A DNA stretch of 64,000 nucleotides from a virus (lineage: Duplodnaviria > Caudoviricetes), in IMG/VR virus record IMGVR_UViG_3300003937_000325. One strand, given 5' to 3'. Positions 10,132 to 20,681 of the stretch are shown in pieces (position 1 is the first letter of the stretch; each line of letters opens with the position of its first letter). The notes under the pieces are model-generated. The model saw only the letters and a list, made by a program, of their open reading frames with translations. It was not told where the DNA came from and ran no database searches. A program made the position numbers and the translations under genes.

Positions 10132-10569
10132 TTAAACAGACTGTTTTTTAGTTTTATGTAGTATAAAATATTTTGATTTCATTAACGGATACCCATATAA
10201 TGTATTAACTATTTGTTTTATCCTGTCTCTAAGTATCAACGATTTAAAGTCTATTTGTTCTTTTACAAATAATGTTACCTCTAAATTCATAAAACTTCTT
10301 TTACCTAATTGTATACCACTACTTCTTAAATCTAAATCGACTATGTTATGTTTTTCAAATAATAACGGGTCCACCGATTCTAATAAGTGATGTTTAATGT
10401 CCCTCTCTAACATACCTGTCGTTCTAACCCAATTATGAGCCGTCATTGTTGGTTCCACCCAACTTTGTATGAGAATATAAACTGATTTTAATTTTTTTGC
10501 ATCTACTGTTCCATAACTACATTTCGCGTTTTCGTATCCCGTTAATTGGGACGTTTTTCCTTTTTTCAT
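10132..10569 (-). CDS. Hypothetical protein (145 aa)
   Basis: Clean ATG ORF within the head module. Confidence 0.7.
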   Translation of the reverse strand: MKKGKTSQLTGYENAKCSYGTVDAKKLKSVYILIQSWVEPTMTAHNWVRTTGMLERDIKHHLLESVDPLLFEKHNIVDLDLRSSGIQLGKRSFMNLEVTLFVKEQIDFKSLILRDRIKQIVNTLYGYPLMKSKYFILHKTKKQSV

Positions 10570-10677
10570 ATAAATTCATAATATCTAATGTTTATTTGTT
10601 CGTTAAAAATATAACTATAAAAAGTACGATTGTCAAAATATTGATAAGTTGAATATATTTATTATAATAAGTCATAT

Positions 10678-10869
10678 ATGTTAATAATAGAAATAGGAAA
10701 AAAAGAAAATATCGAAAGAGCCTTAAAAAGGTATAAGAATAAAGTTTATAAGACTAAACAGTTGAATAGGCTTCGAGAGGAAAAAGAGTTTACTAAGAAG
10801 TCTACTAAGAGACGTAAACAAAAACAAAAAGCCATTTATATCCAAAAAATAAAGGATTCAGAAATCTGA
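10678..10869 (+). CDS. rpsU: 30S ribosomal protein bS21
   Basis: MLIIEI..ENIERALKRYK.K...LR....F.K.S..RR...KAIYIQ closely follows Flavobacterium bS21; opposite strand to the head genes, as described for bS21-encoding Bacteroidetes phages. Confidence 0.95.
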   Translation: MLIIEIGKKENIERALKRYKNKVYKTKQLNRLREEKEFTKKSTKRRKQKQKAIYIQKIKDSEI

Positions 10870-10902
10870 ACCCTTTTTTTATTTTATATATGTAATTTAA
10901 AG

Positions 10903-11637
10903 TTATAAACCGTGTTCTAATTGTTTTAACTTATAAAGTGAAGTTAATGAAATTTCGGACTCATTAATATGACTTATAGTCTGATTTACTTTTTCATGTA
11001 AATCTTCATCATTCGATTCATTAATTTTTTCAGTTAATTTTTCTAATACAATACTTTTAGAATTTACAATCTCTTCAGCTAATTCAGTTTTAGAGAGTGA
11101 TAAAAGAGCCTTTAATTCTTTTTTATCTTCCTCACTGATATCACCATATTCCTTATTAAATGTGTTTGTTGCTATTTTTAACATAGAACTTAAAGGAATG
11201 TTAACTGATTCGTTAATTTTCACATCATCTTTATTTTCACCTAATAACTTTTTTATATTATTTTTACACTCTAAAACTTCTTCTAAGTTTCTAACCGAGT
11301 TATTATAAACTACAGTATCAATATCGGTATAGTTGTTATCTGAATTATTTTTTAATCCTTCAGAAACCCACATATTAATTTCTTTAATTTTTTTATCCTC
11401 AGTAGTTAATATATCTTTTATTGTTTCAATACATTCATTTACGTAGTCATCAACAATTTCTTTGGATAAACCTTTTTTATTGGAAAGTTCATCATAAAGA
11501 AAATATGCTTCAGCAAGTTTCTCGTTCTCAATTACATGATTTTTAAATGACTTCATATTGGTTTTAAAAGAATTTTTACCATATGACTTAGTCATTAAAG
11601 ATTCTATATTTGATTTTATTTGTCCGAATTTATTCAT
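10903..11637 (-). CDS. Hypothetical helical protein (244 aa)
   Basis: Clean ORF directly downstream of the portal gene; TATTTATA at 11650-11657. Confidence 0.7.
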   Translation of the reverse strand: MNKFGQIKSNIESLMTKSYGKNSFKTNMKSFKNHVIENEKLAEAYFLYDELSNKKGLSKEIVDDYVNECIETIKDILTTEDKKIKEINMWVSEGLKNNSDNNYTDIDTVVYNNSVRNLEEVLECKNNIKKLLGENKDDVKINESVNIPLSSMLKIATNTFNKEYGDISEEDKKELKALLSLSKTELAEEIVNSKSIVLEKLTEKINESNDEDLHEKVNQTISHINESEISLTSLYKLKQLEHGL

Positions 11638-11657
11638 AACGTTTTTTATTATAAATA

Positions 11658-13514
11658 TTAGTCATCTAGTAATGTTCTTAGTTCATCTTCAATTTTACCT
11701 AAAGAATCTCTCCCTTTCGATAAGTCAATTTCGGATATACCATTAATCATATCATTTTCTAATATCATATTTAAATCTTTTTCTGAAGTACTTTCAGGTG
11801 TAACCTCAGCCGTAGTGTCACCACCCGTATCTGTACCACTATCACCTAAATCACTACCTAAATCACCACCTAAATCACCACCTAAGTCGCCTCCAAAATC
11901 ACTTCCACCACCACCAAATCCGGTGTCAGAAGGTTCTGTAACCTCACCTTCAGGTGCGCCACCTTCTCCAGGTTTATCACCATATAATTTATCGATGTTT
12001 GCAAATATTCCTGTTTTAGTAATTGTTTCAGGTGTTTTTTCAAGTTCCGCTCCAACAGCCTTTTCGATTCTTTGTTGTTGTAAATCTAATTTAATTTCTT
12101 CATCTGAGAAACCAAGAATATGTTTTTTAGCCCAAGAAGATGAAACAGGTTGTATACCATTACCTGGGTCAGAAACCGCATCACGGTAAAGAGCAACTTT
12201 TTGTTGCCATTGTTCAACTTTAAGTAAGTCCGCTTGTGTTGATGGGTTAGTAAGACCTAATGTAAAATTATTTAATTCGTCTTCAAAACCTAATAGATAC
12301 AAATGTATTATAGCAATTTTATTTAACTCTTGAATCATAGATTTTTGAATTCTATTGATTGTACGAGCGAATCTTATATCTTGTAACGCTAAGTTTTTAC
12401 CATCACCAACAACCTCTTCAAACCCTAAAAATGCTTTAGGTACTCTAAGTGCAGTTAATAATTTCTTTTGTATATATTCAATATCAGCAATTTCTGATAA
12501 GTTTTGTGCTCCTGGTAATGTGTCGATAGGGTTAGGTGCGTTAGCGTCTCTAACGGGTATGAAGTAATCTTGGTCAACCGCCATTTGATTATATCTTAAA
12601 TCGACATTACCGTTATTAGAGTCCACAATTTGGTCTCTTTTAAATTTGTTAGCAACTCTCTGTACGTAAGGTTCGACATCTTTGTCATCCATGTTACCTA
12701 CAAAAACTTTGAATACTCGTCTTTCAGGTGCTCTTGATGTTCTATAAACTAACATAGCATCTTCAGATAAAATAAGTTGTTTCCATATTCTTCTTGCCTT
12801 TTCTAACATAGAAGTACCATAAGGTAATTTACGGTCATCACCTAATAATCTAAAGTGAGCCACTTCCCACGTATTTAATACCATATCTTTATTTTGCCAT
12901 AAGAATTTTAAAGCATCGTTATCGGTATCTGTACTATTTTTTTCAGGTTTAATTTTCATTCCTCGTTCTTGACGAGTAATTTCAATATTAGGTAGTTGTT
13001 GTACCCCCATAACCCCTTTCTCAGGGTCTAATTTTAGATAAACGAAGTTATCCCCATACTTACAAGTATTTCTTGTCCACATAGGTAGATTAGTACTAAT
13101 ATCGAGTCTATTGTTAAATAAATCCCCAAGTACTGATTTAATTCGTTTACTTTCTGAGTAAATTTGTAATATATATCCATCTTCATTCGCAGTTGTTGAT
13201 TCTTCCCCATATATATCTAACGCCGCAGATATTTCGGGCGTATATTCCATACTTTCATAATCATAAAATGAAGCTAGTCTAGTCGGTTCATAATATACCG
13301 CTTGAGTATATAAGTTGTTCTCTACCTTCTGCCATTGTTGACCAAGATAGAGTGTTTGTTGGGCTTGAAGTTTTTCTCTCTCATACTCCTTTTTATCGGG
13401 AGTCTTTAAAAGTTCTTTCTTATCAAACTTAAATACGGGAGCTTGTTGGTCTAACGTTGAGTCAGGACCAAATACCTTAGTAAGTCGTTGCCATATAGTA
13501 TAATTTTCTGCCAT
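11658..13514 (-). CDS. Portal protein, T4 gp20-like
   Basis: YESMEYTPEISAALD, LEKARRIWKQL.LSEDAMLVYR.SRAPERRVF, EDY-like QDYFIPVR, IDTLPG.QNL.EIADIEY motifs; Gly/Asp low-complexity tail. Confidence 0.95.
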   Translation of the reverse strand: MAENYTIWQRLTKVFGPDSTLDQQAPVFKFDKKELLKTPDKKEYEREKLQAQQTLYLGQQWQKVENNLYTQAVYYEPTRLASFYDYESMEYTPEISAALDIYGEESTTANEDGYILQIYSESKRIKSVLGDLFNNRLDISTNLPMWTRNTCKYGDNFVYLKLDPEKGVMGVQQLPNIEITRQERGMKIKPEKNSTDTDNDALKFLWQNKDMVLNTWEVAHFRLLGDDRKLPYGTSMLEKARRIWKQLILSEDAMLVYRTSRAPERRVFKVFVGNMDDKDVEPYVQRVANKFKRDQIVDSNNGNVDLRYNQMAVDQDYFIPVRDANAPNPIDTLPGAQNLSEIADIEYIQKKLLTALRVPKAFLGFEEVVGDGKNLALQDIRFARTINRIQKSMIQELNKIAIIHLYLLGFEDELNNFTLGLTNPSTQADLLKVEQWQQKVALYRDAVSDPGNGIQPVSSSWAKKHILGFSDEEIKLDLQQQRIEKAVGAELEKTPETITKTGIFANIDKLYGDKPGEGGAPEGEVTEPSDTGFGGGGSDFGGDLGGDLGGDLGSDLGDSGTDTGGDTTAEVTPESTSEKDLNMILENDMINGISEIDLSKGRDSLGKIEDELRTLLDD

Positions 13515-13562
13515 ACTTCTTTTTTAGATAAATAGTAACATTATTTGAATTAAACTAAACAT

Positions 13563-15335
13563 TTAAAATTTTCCAAATAACCAAGAATTATCTTGATAGT
13601 CTTGCCTAGTCGCTTGTCCTCTGTGTCTATTGTGGTTTATTCCCCCTGGTAATGCAGATAAACTTGGATGAAAATCGTTAGAGGTATTTTTGACGGGAGT
13701 TTCATTAACTAACCAACTTTCCATCATGGCTTTAGTTTGTTCTGTCACCTTTTCTAATTGAGTAAATGAATTTTCCCCAACATAAATCGCCATAGCTATA
13801 GCCATAATTAAATCATCATGTTGTCCTTTTTGGTGGTCGGGTCTACCGTTAATGTAAACAAAAGTGTTTAATTCATTTAATAACCTTGTTGACCTTATTT
13901 CAAAATTATGTCTTAAGGCCTCTTCAAATGATGCCACAATCTGTACTCTTTTATTATTGAAATTTAATCCAGGAATCTTATCTAAAGTTTTAGGGTTATA
14001 TTTCCATTTATCAGCGGCATTAACACCTTCAACATATAAGTTTTTATATCCTAATTCTTGTAACTTTCTTGATGTAGATACACCCATACCACCCGTAATA
14101 TCAATTACAATAAATGCTGAATACATTGTCGCCCATTTAAATGCTATTTCTGCGACGACATCTGGTGGTACCTTACCTAAATACTCAAGAACTTGTTCTC
14201 TTGTTTCAAAATCTATTATAGTAAATGTTGTATAATCCTCACTATCACCACGAGAAACATCAATACCCATAATATATTTATGTCCTTGTATTGGCTCTTT
14301 CCATTGCCATAAAGAACCACCTATAAACTTATTTATTGGTTCTTGTATATAGTTTTGTTTAATAATTTCAATCGTACTATTTGGGATGACGTTATCCCCT
14401 GAACCCAAGAAGTTACACTCCAATTCCTGTGAGATTTTTCTTCTATCGAATTTAAGTTTTTTAGCCATACCTTCGAACCATGAAGAATAAACTTTGTATC
14501 CATTTGCTAATTTTTCTTTAATTTCTACATAATCCCTTTCACGAGGTTTTATGTCGGTATAGTTTATTATAATTTTACTATCATCATAATCTTCTCTATT
14601 TAACATGTAATGGATAATATCATTACATTTTATAAGTTGTAGGTCTCTAGCGTAACGAGGGTCACGATACCAATACATCTCAGTTATTTTAAAATCATTC
14701 ATACCCCTTAGTGCTTGGTCATAAATGGTATAATATATCGGGTCAAACCCGTTAGGCGTAGAAATTACGATAACTTTACCACCTGTAGAAAGTGACGCCA
14801 TACATGCAGACCAAAAGTCATCATCAGCATCAATAAACGCAGCCTCGTCAAAAATAAGTATTGTTGGTGTATACCCACGAAGTGCATCTTTTGAGGTTGC
14901 AACTGCTTTAACTTCACAACCATTTGATAATTTAAAATGTCTTTGAGAATTTTTTTCGTTAGAATAAGATATCCCAAACCATGTAGGCCATTGGTCAATA
15001 AAACTTCTAACCTTATTAGCGAATTCTTGTGATGTATCTAATTTGTTTGCAATTATTAGTACCTTTTCAGGTTTTTTCTTAGACGCAGTAACCACTTTTT
15101 TTGATGCCCAAGCTGCGGTAACTGTAGATACACCGGCCTGTCTATACTTTAAGGCAATATTTTCCTCATAAGTATCATAATCATTAATTAATGTTTTTTG
15201 GTCTGAAAATAATTCTAAAGGTACGTACTGTGATTGTGTATTATCGTAGGTTTGTAGATAAGTTTTTAACGCGTAAGGGGTATCTTTTACACACCTAGCA
15301 TATTCCAATAAAACTTGCTCTCTTGATAGTCCCAT
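13563..15335 (-). CDS. terL: Terminase large subunit, T4 gp17-like
   Basis: KYRQAGVST (Walker A region), LIFDEAAF (Walker B), ISTPNG motif III, nuclease GIDVSRG...D and HDDLIMA. Confidence 0.95.
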   Translation of the reverse strand: MGLSREQVLLEYARCVKDTPYALKTYLQTYDNTQSQYVPLELFSDQKTLINDYDTYEENIALKYRQAGVSTVTAAWASKKVVTASKKKPEKVLIIANKLDTSQEFANKVRSFIDQWPTWFGISYSNEKNSQRHFKLSNGCEVKAVATSKDALRGYTPTILIFDEAAFIDADDDFWSACMASLSTGGKVIVISTPNGFDPIYYTIYDQALRGMNDFKITEMYWYRDPRYARDLQLIKCNDIIHYMLNREDYDDSKIIINYTDIKPRERDYVEIKEKLANGYKVYSSWFEGMAKKLKFDRRKISQELECNFLGSGDNVIPNSTIEIIKQNYIQEPINKFIGGSLWQWKEPIQGHKYIMGIDVSRGDSEDYTTFTIIDFETREQVLEYLGKVPPDVVAEIAFKWATMYSAFIVIDITGGMGVSTSRKLQELGYKNLYVEGVNAADKWKYNPKTLDKIPGLNFNNKRVQIVASFEEALRHNFEIRSTRLLNELNTFVYINGRPDHQKGQHDDLIMAIAMAIYVGENSFTQLEKVTEQTKAMMESWLVNETPVKNTSNDFHPSLSALPGGINHNRHRGQATRQDYQDNSWLFGKF

Positions 15336-15355
15336 CTATACATAATAAGTTTTTT

Positions 15356-16627
15356 TTATGATAAAGAAATACCCAACCCGTCTAAAAGACCTGAAAGGTC
15401 ATCATCATCGTCATCATCGTCATCGTCATACTGTGATATTGCATCTTCATAATCTTGAGACTTTAATTCTTCTATAATCTCATCCACCATTTTAGCTACA
15501 ATTTTTTTACCATCATCAGAACCAGACATAATCATTTTAGCAACATCGAAAAATTCATCAGTAGTTAATGAAGAAAATCGTGAAAATAAATAATTTTGTA
15601 TTTCTCTTAAATCGTCATCGTATAATTTTTCAGGATACGAAGCCATAAATTTTTCCCAAATTACTGGTCCTAATCGTAAATCCCATATTTCGTAAGGTAA
15701 TGTATCTTGAGATGCCATAACCATATCCGCAGCTTTAGGGTCGTCAGGTAATCCTTGGGTACCTAAGACTTCGTAAACACCTTTTAGAAGTTCATGTATC
15801 AATATAGGAAAAAACAATCCTTTAGCCTTTATAGTTGGTGGGTCAGTAGTATCATCAACTTCTTCCTTACCTTCCATTCCTTGACCACTTTCAGCAGCTT
15901 TCATAACCATTTCATCTGGCATAATCCAGTATAATAAATCATTAACGGACATTAATACACCATATAAATTTAATAGTTTTGGGTCAAGTTTTTCTAACTC
16001 ATCTTTAACTAAATGATACATGTAATGACCTTTTTTAGATGCTCCTTGAATTAAAGTGTTAATAAAACGTCTTTTAGCCTTTTCTAAGTCAAACTTTTCA
16101 AAAGCGGCCATAAAATTCTCTAAATCATCTTCCGCTTCATTTTCTTCAACACCAAACTGGTCTAAAACATCTTCGTCTTCAGGTTCTTCAGAATCCTTTC
16201 TCATTTTTGACATATCAATCTGACCTGGCATAGACGTTAATTCAACATCATATTGAAATGCATCATCAGGTAATGATAATTCTTTTTTAACGACATCAAC
16301 AGCCAATTGCTCCAAATAACCTTCATTATTTGACTCAATCTGTTTTACTTGTTTAACGGCTTGCATCAACATACCCTGTAAATTCATTAACTGATTCTGA
16401 GTTACTTCATTTACACCTGTATATCTCTTAACTTTTTCAACTACATCACGAAATCTTTTTGATGCGACTAACTGTTCAAATGAATTATCTAATTCATCAT
16501 TGTCTTTCCTCGGTAACCCCGGATTATCAGACATAGGTGTCTCACCTTTTTCTAATTTTGATTGAATTCCTTGGTCCATTCTTTCAGGACCATCATATTC
16601 GATTTGTTCTTTAATTTTTTTCTTCAT
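15356..16627 (-). CDS. Hypothetical protein (423 aa)
   Basis: Clean ORF; AKRRFINTLIQG, LIHELLKG and EIWDLRLGP segments look conserved but the family was not identified. Confidence 0.7.
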   Translation of the reverse strand: MKKKIKEQIEYDGPERMDQGIQSKLEKGETPMSDNPGLPRKDNDELDNSFEQLVASKRFRDVVEKVKRYTGVNEVTQNQLMNLQGMLMQAVKQVKQIESNNEGYLEQLAVDVVKKELSLPDDAFQYDVELTSMPGQIDMSKMRKDSEEPEDEDVLDQFGVEENEAEDDLENFMAAFEKFDLEKAKRRFINTLIQGASKKGHYMYHLVKDELEKLDPKLLNLYGVLMSVNDLLYWIMPDEMVMKAAESGQGMEGKEEVDDTTDPPTIKAKGLFFPILIHELLKGVYEVLGTQGLPDDPKAADMVMASQDTLPYEIWDLRLGPVIWEKFMASYPEKLYDDDLREIQNYLFSRFSSLTTDEFFDVAKMIMSGSDDGKKIVAKMVDEIIEELKSQDYEDAISQYDDDDDDDDDDLSGLLDGLGISLS

Positions 16628-17762
16628 CTTTAAATGATATATTTAGATTGTCAAATTTAAGAAAATTTGGTAAGTCTTTATCCTCCACCTTAGCTTTAGG
16701 TGCTGGTTTGTGTTTCGGTTGGTAAGGATTTTTTCTCTTTGGTTTTGTACGAGTAGGTGTCTTCACAGGAGCTTCTTTAGTCCCAGGTCCTTGTTCAATA
16801 ATATCCATTAAATCTTTTTTAGTCATAGAAGGTTTATTTACATCTTTTATCAAAGATACAATACTTTCTTCAATTTTTCTAATATTTTCTTTACGTTCCT
16901 TAATTTGTTTACCAACAGAACTAACACATGCATCAAATTTCTTCTCAGCGTTTTTCTTCCAAGTTTTTTTAGGTCCATACTTACCTTGTATACTATCCAT
17001 ACAAATGGCATACTCACTATCCTCTTCAAACATACCTAAAGTAGTCATAACAGGGCGTATAATAGTATCATCTACCTTTTTGCTCTTCTTCTTTTTCTTT
17101 TTACCCTTCTCTTCCGCAATACCCATACCGTCACCACCAGCTTTAGGATTAACTCCATAATTAGCGGGTCCGTCATCATTACCAACACTATTACCATCAT
17201 AAGGGTTATAACCTGATTCTTTTTCTAATGAATTATCAGCATCTTTATCTTCTAATAGTTCATTATCATCATCATGTAACTCATCGGCAGGTTCAAACAT
17301 TTTAACTAACATGTTAAAGTTATCAGTAAAGTAACTTCTTAAATAAGCTCTTTTACCATGTACTATTAATCCGTCTCTATCTGTTTCATACTCTTCCCAA
17401 TCGTCCCAATAGAAATCAACTGCGTCTTCGACAGCGTCTTCTAATTCACGACTAAAAGGACTTGGCATTTTTTCGGGTTCACCTAATTGTTTGTGAATTG
17501 ATTGATTGAAGAAATGTTGGTCAGAACTACCCCACTCATTTAATTCTTCTTCACCTAATTCATTGGATAGTTGTTGTGCCGACTGGTTGGCCATTGCAAG
17601 GTCATTTTTTATTTTTTCTGTCTTATCGCTAGTCGTGTCTTGTTCGTTAACTAGTTTCTTATGTAAAACACTGATTTGTTTACCGTCTAATTTCTTAAGG
17701 GTATTTAATTTAAATCCCTCCCTTAATAAGTCCATTATTTTAAATTTACTTTTCATCTTCAA
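16611..17762 (-). CDS. Hypothetical charged protein, candidate internal head protein
   Basis: Multiple LxE sites (LLRE, LVNE, ELNE, LLED), YAICMDS...FDACV motif, Pro/Lys-rich tail. Confidence 0.65.
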   Translation of the reverse strand: MKMKSKFKIMDLLREGFKLNTLKKLDGKQISVLHKKLVNEQDTTSDKTEKIKNDLAMANQSAQQLSNELGEEELNEWGSSDQHFFNQSIHKQLGEPEKMPSPFSRELEDAVEDAVDFYWDDWEEYETDRDGLIVHGKRAYLRSYFTDNFNMLVKMFEPADELHDDDNELLEDKDADNSLEKESGYNPYDGNSVGNDDGPANYGVNPKAGGDGMGIAEEKGKKKKKKSKKVDDTIIRPVMTTLGMFEEDSEYAICMDSIQGKYGPKKTWKKNAEKKFDACVSSVGKQIKERKENIRKIEESIVSLIKDVNKPSMTKKDLMDIIEQGPGTKEAPVKTPTRTKPKRKNPYQPKHKPAPKAKVEDKDLPNFLKFDNLNISFKDEEKN

Positions 17763-18156
17763 TAAAACTTTTTTCGTAACTTAATACGATATCTCTTTCA
17801 TATAGTTTATCTTCTACAGATTTAACACTATCTCCGTAACCGAAAACTAATCTTTTAAATTTATCATTTATAATCGAGTCACTATCTTCATTTTCCCACG
17901 CTAAAGATATAACTCCATCAATCGAATCATATACACCAAAAAAGTCAGAATCTTGTATTAAATGTAAATCAATGTTTACGTTTCTTAAAACACCAACTTT
18001 CTTTATATATTGAATATGGGGTGGTGAAGGGTTACCATTAGCTGGTTGTGCGTCCCATTCATCACCCCATACATCGTCTACATCTGAAAAGATGAATTCG
18101 TATATATTATCCCCTTTATAATTGGGACCTAATTCATTTATATAAACTAATTTCAT
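17746..18156 (-). CDS. Hypothetical protein (136 aa)
   Basis: Overlaps neighbours on both sides in an operon arrangement. Confidence 0.7.
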   Translation of the reverse strand: MKLVYINELGPNYKGDNIYEFIFSDVDDVWGDEWDAQPANGNPSPPHIQYIKKVGVLRNVNIDLHLIQDSDFFGVYDSIDGVISLAWENEDSDSIINDKFKRLVFGYGDSVKSVEDKLYERDIVLSYEKSFIEDEK

Positions 18157-19367
18157 AGTAACTCACCTTTAGAAGTTACTTTAAATTGTTTTTTACCAGA
18201 TTCAAAAATTAAATTTCCTTTATTAGTTTTACCTAAAAATTTAATATTAGTATTTTCTTTAAGTATGAACTCAGAAGTTAATTCCTGTTCAATACTCTCT
18301 GATAATCTTTTTATTTCTTTTTTAACCGATATAGTGTTAACTTTCTCAGCTAAGAATTTTTTAATTTTTTTAGATTCTGTAATCTTTTTTTCACCATCGG
18401 TAACTACAAAGTACTTTTCTAATACCTTATCAACTTTTGACTCACCAAATATTTCATCAACCATAGATTTCATAGAATCACCTTCAGCCATTTCACCTTC
18501 AGGTTCTTCCATATCCATATCCATATCTAAGTCTAAATCTAAATCTAATTCATCATCACCAGATTCAACATCAATATCAACTTCACCTTCCATATCATAA
18601 TCAGTTTCATCTTCTTCAAAATTAGCTAAAATATCTTCTTTATCTTCTTCAGAAAGTTTGTCTAATTCAACTGCAGATATAATTGAATTTAAAACGTACT
18701 TAATGTCTTCAGAGGATAATCCTTGATTTTTATCGTAAGTTCTTAGTTTCTGTCCTATTTTACCTGTTAATTTTTGAATTACCTTGAATGAGCTCTCTTC
18801 ATCTTCAACCTCAACCTCAACTTCTTCTTCTTCAGTATCATCTAAATCTAAATCCATATCTAAATCATCAACACTTTCTTCAGAATCCATATCCATATCA
18901 ACATCCATATCAACATCCATATCTAAATCCGCTTCAGGTTCCATTGATGGTTCATCAACATCGATATCAACGTCAACTTTAGGTTCTGGTGTTTTTAAAA
19001 CAAATTTCTTTTGTTCACCTATAATGTTAACTCCTTCAGTATTTTCATGTATTCTATTAAGTTCACCAGCAATAAGATTCACTTTTTTCATTGCTTGAGA
19101 AAATGATTTGTAATGTTTACGGTTCTGCATTGGTTCGTTATAATCAAGTTCTGATTCACTTATACCAACTTTTACTACGTATCCTGTTTTTTCTTTTACA
19201 ATTCCGTAGTACTTTCCATCGGCCATCTGAATTGAATAGTCGGCTTTGGAGTTTTTGTTTTCACTTAAAGTAGTGGGTTTTGAACCATAATTAGAAATCT
19301 CAAGAATTCTACTAATTTGTTCTTGACCTTCTAATTTCTCACTACCTAGAGGTTTTAAATCTGCCAT
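18153..19367 (-). CDS. Hypothetical acidic protein (404 aa)
   Basis: Clean ORF with (D[ML])n low-complexity tracts; first gene of the 19367-10903 minus-strand run. Confidence 0.7.
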   Translation of the reverse strand: MADLKPLGSEKLEGQEQISRILEISNYGSKPTTLSENKNSKADYSIQMADGKYYGIVKEKTGYVVKVGISESELDYNEPMQNRKHYKSFSQAMKKVNLIAGELNRIHENTEGVNIIGEQKKFVLKTPEPKVDVDIDVDEPSMEPEADLDMDVDMDVDMDMDSEESVDDLDMDLDLDDTEEEEVEVEVEDEESSFKVIQKLTGKIGQKLRTYDKNQGLSSEDIKYVLNSIISAVELDKLSEEDKEDILANFEEDETDYDMEGEVDIDVESGDDELDLDLDLDMDMDMEEPEGEMAEGDSMKSMVDEIFGESKVDKVLEKYFVVTDGEKKITESKKIKKFLAEKVNTISVKKEIKRLSESIEQELTSEFILKENTNIKFLGKTNKGNLIFESGKKQFKVTSKGELL

Positions 19368-19396
19368 ATCTCTATATTTTTAATATTTTTTAATTT

Positions 19397-19555
19397 TTAA
19401 TTATATAAACCATTAACTCCACCCAATCTAACAGTGTCGCACTGAGTAATTGATTGATTTTTATCGTTCACATATGTAGCATGCATTGGTGTAAATGAGG
19501 TTGTCCCACTCACAGGTATTGTGTATTCTGTCGATGTACATCCAGTTTGTGCCAT
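19397..19555 (-). CDS. Small hypothetical protein (52 aa), not in the ORF track
   Basis: Translated by hand: MAQTGCTSTEYTIPVSGTTSFTPMHATYVNDKNQSITQCDTVRLGGVNGLYN; TATTTATT motif upstream; fills an otherwise empty gap. Confidence 0.6.
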   Translation of the reverse strand: MAQTGCTSTEYTIPVSGTTSFTPMHATYVNDKNQSITQCDTVRLGGVNGLYN

Positions 19556-19628
19556 AATAGTTTTTTATAATAAATATACCGTAAGTTAAGAATTTCCATT
19601 TTTTCTTAGCCTACGTTATAATTATAGT

Positions 19629-20372
19629 TTATTTTTGCTCAGATAAAGAAAGACGATTATCAATAACATCATTCTGAAAATCGAATAGTTTCTGTATATA
19701 TCCATTCCTTCTTAGATATTTAAAAACTAAATTCTCATAAGAGTATTCACCCTCTTTTTCTAAACCACAACCTCTATATTTTTTTAACTTATCTTTTACT
19801 TTTTGTATTTTCTCTAAAGAAGTCTCTAAATCATCATCCGATTCTTCAACATCATCAATCACTAAATCTATTATGTCTTCCCACTGCTCAACCTTATCAG
19901 TAATAATTTTTTTATTGATATTAACCTCCTCTTTAGTAGGTTCAACTAACCATTCATTAAATAATACTGAATACACCCCTGTTGATATGTGTGGTTCATT
20001 TATATCTTGAACATATAGTTCAACTTCATAACCTTTAACGGTTATATCGTGTGTGGAGTTAAATAATGTTTTTTTTAGTTTAAATAAGTCCTTATAAAGT
20101 TCCTTTTCATTTCCTGACTCATTAAAGTCATACATAATGTGTAAATCTATATCTGAAAATTCGGACCAATTGTAATTAGATAGTGACCCGGTCATTGTTA
20201 TATCTTGTATAAAAATGTCGTAATCTAAAAACTCAATGAATTTATTAGCGATTTCGATTAACTGTAAACGAATTTCTTCTTTCATCACGGCATTTGTAGG
20301 GTCATCAGGATTATCCCAAATAGTGGGATTTAACTCATCTTTTACATCAAAACTAGAAATTATATTATCCAT
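19629..20372 (-). CDS. Pol-beta superfamily nucleotidyltransferase
   Basis: ITMTGSLSNYNWSEFSDIDLHI (GS...DxD) and a third acidic site in YEVELYVQD. Confidence 0.85.
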   Translation of the reverse strand: MDNIISSFDVKDELNPTIWDNPDDPTNAVMKEEIRLQLIEIANKFIEFLDYDIFIQDITMTGSLSNYNWSEFSDIDLHIMYDFNESGNEKELYKDLFKLKKTLFNSTHDITVKGYEVELYVQDINEPHISTGVYSVLFNEWLVEPTKEEVNINKKIITDKVEQWEDIIDLVIDDVEESDDDLETSLEKIQKVKDKLKKYRGCGLEKEGEYSYENLVFKYLRRNGYIQKLFDFQNDVIDNRLSLSEQK

Positions 20373-20393
20373 GTTTATAAATAGTGAGTTTTA

Positions 20394-20642
20394 TTACTTT
20401 GTTAATTTTTTATATTTGTATTTCCTTCCTATCTCTTTATTAAAGAATCCTCCTTGAGATTCTGCCATTCTAAATTTAGTATACATTGAGTGTGGTACTT
20501 TTTCGTATTCGTACTCCATACCATTTTTAAATGTTACCACTAACTTCTCATTAGAGGTATTATAAACTGTCTTTTTTAAGTTAGATGAGTCAATTTCATT
20601 TATGATTAATTTCCCTTCTATTTTTTCATTTTTAATTGCCAT
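20394..20642 (-). CDS. KTSC domain protein
   Basis: SSNL....Y......L.V.FKNG..YEY..VP...Y..F..AESQG.FFN..I...Y pattern. Confidence 0.9.
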   Translation of the reverse strand: MAIKNEKIEGKLIINEIDSSNLKKTVYNTSNEKLVVTFKNGMEYEYEKVPHSMYTKFRMAESQGGFFNKEIGRKYKYKKLTK

Positions 20643-20681
20643 AATATATTTTTTTAATAAGTATAGGAATAATATATAAAT

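Noticed and set aside
11815-11960. GGDL repeats at the portal C-terminus as a distinct element
   Set aside because: Low-complexity Gly/Asp tails are common in T4-like portals of environmental phages.
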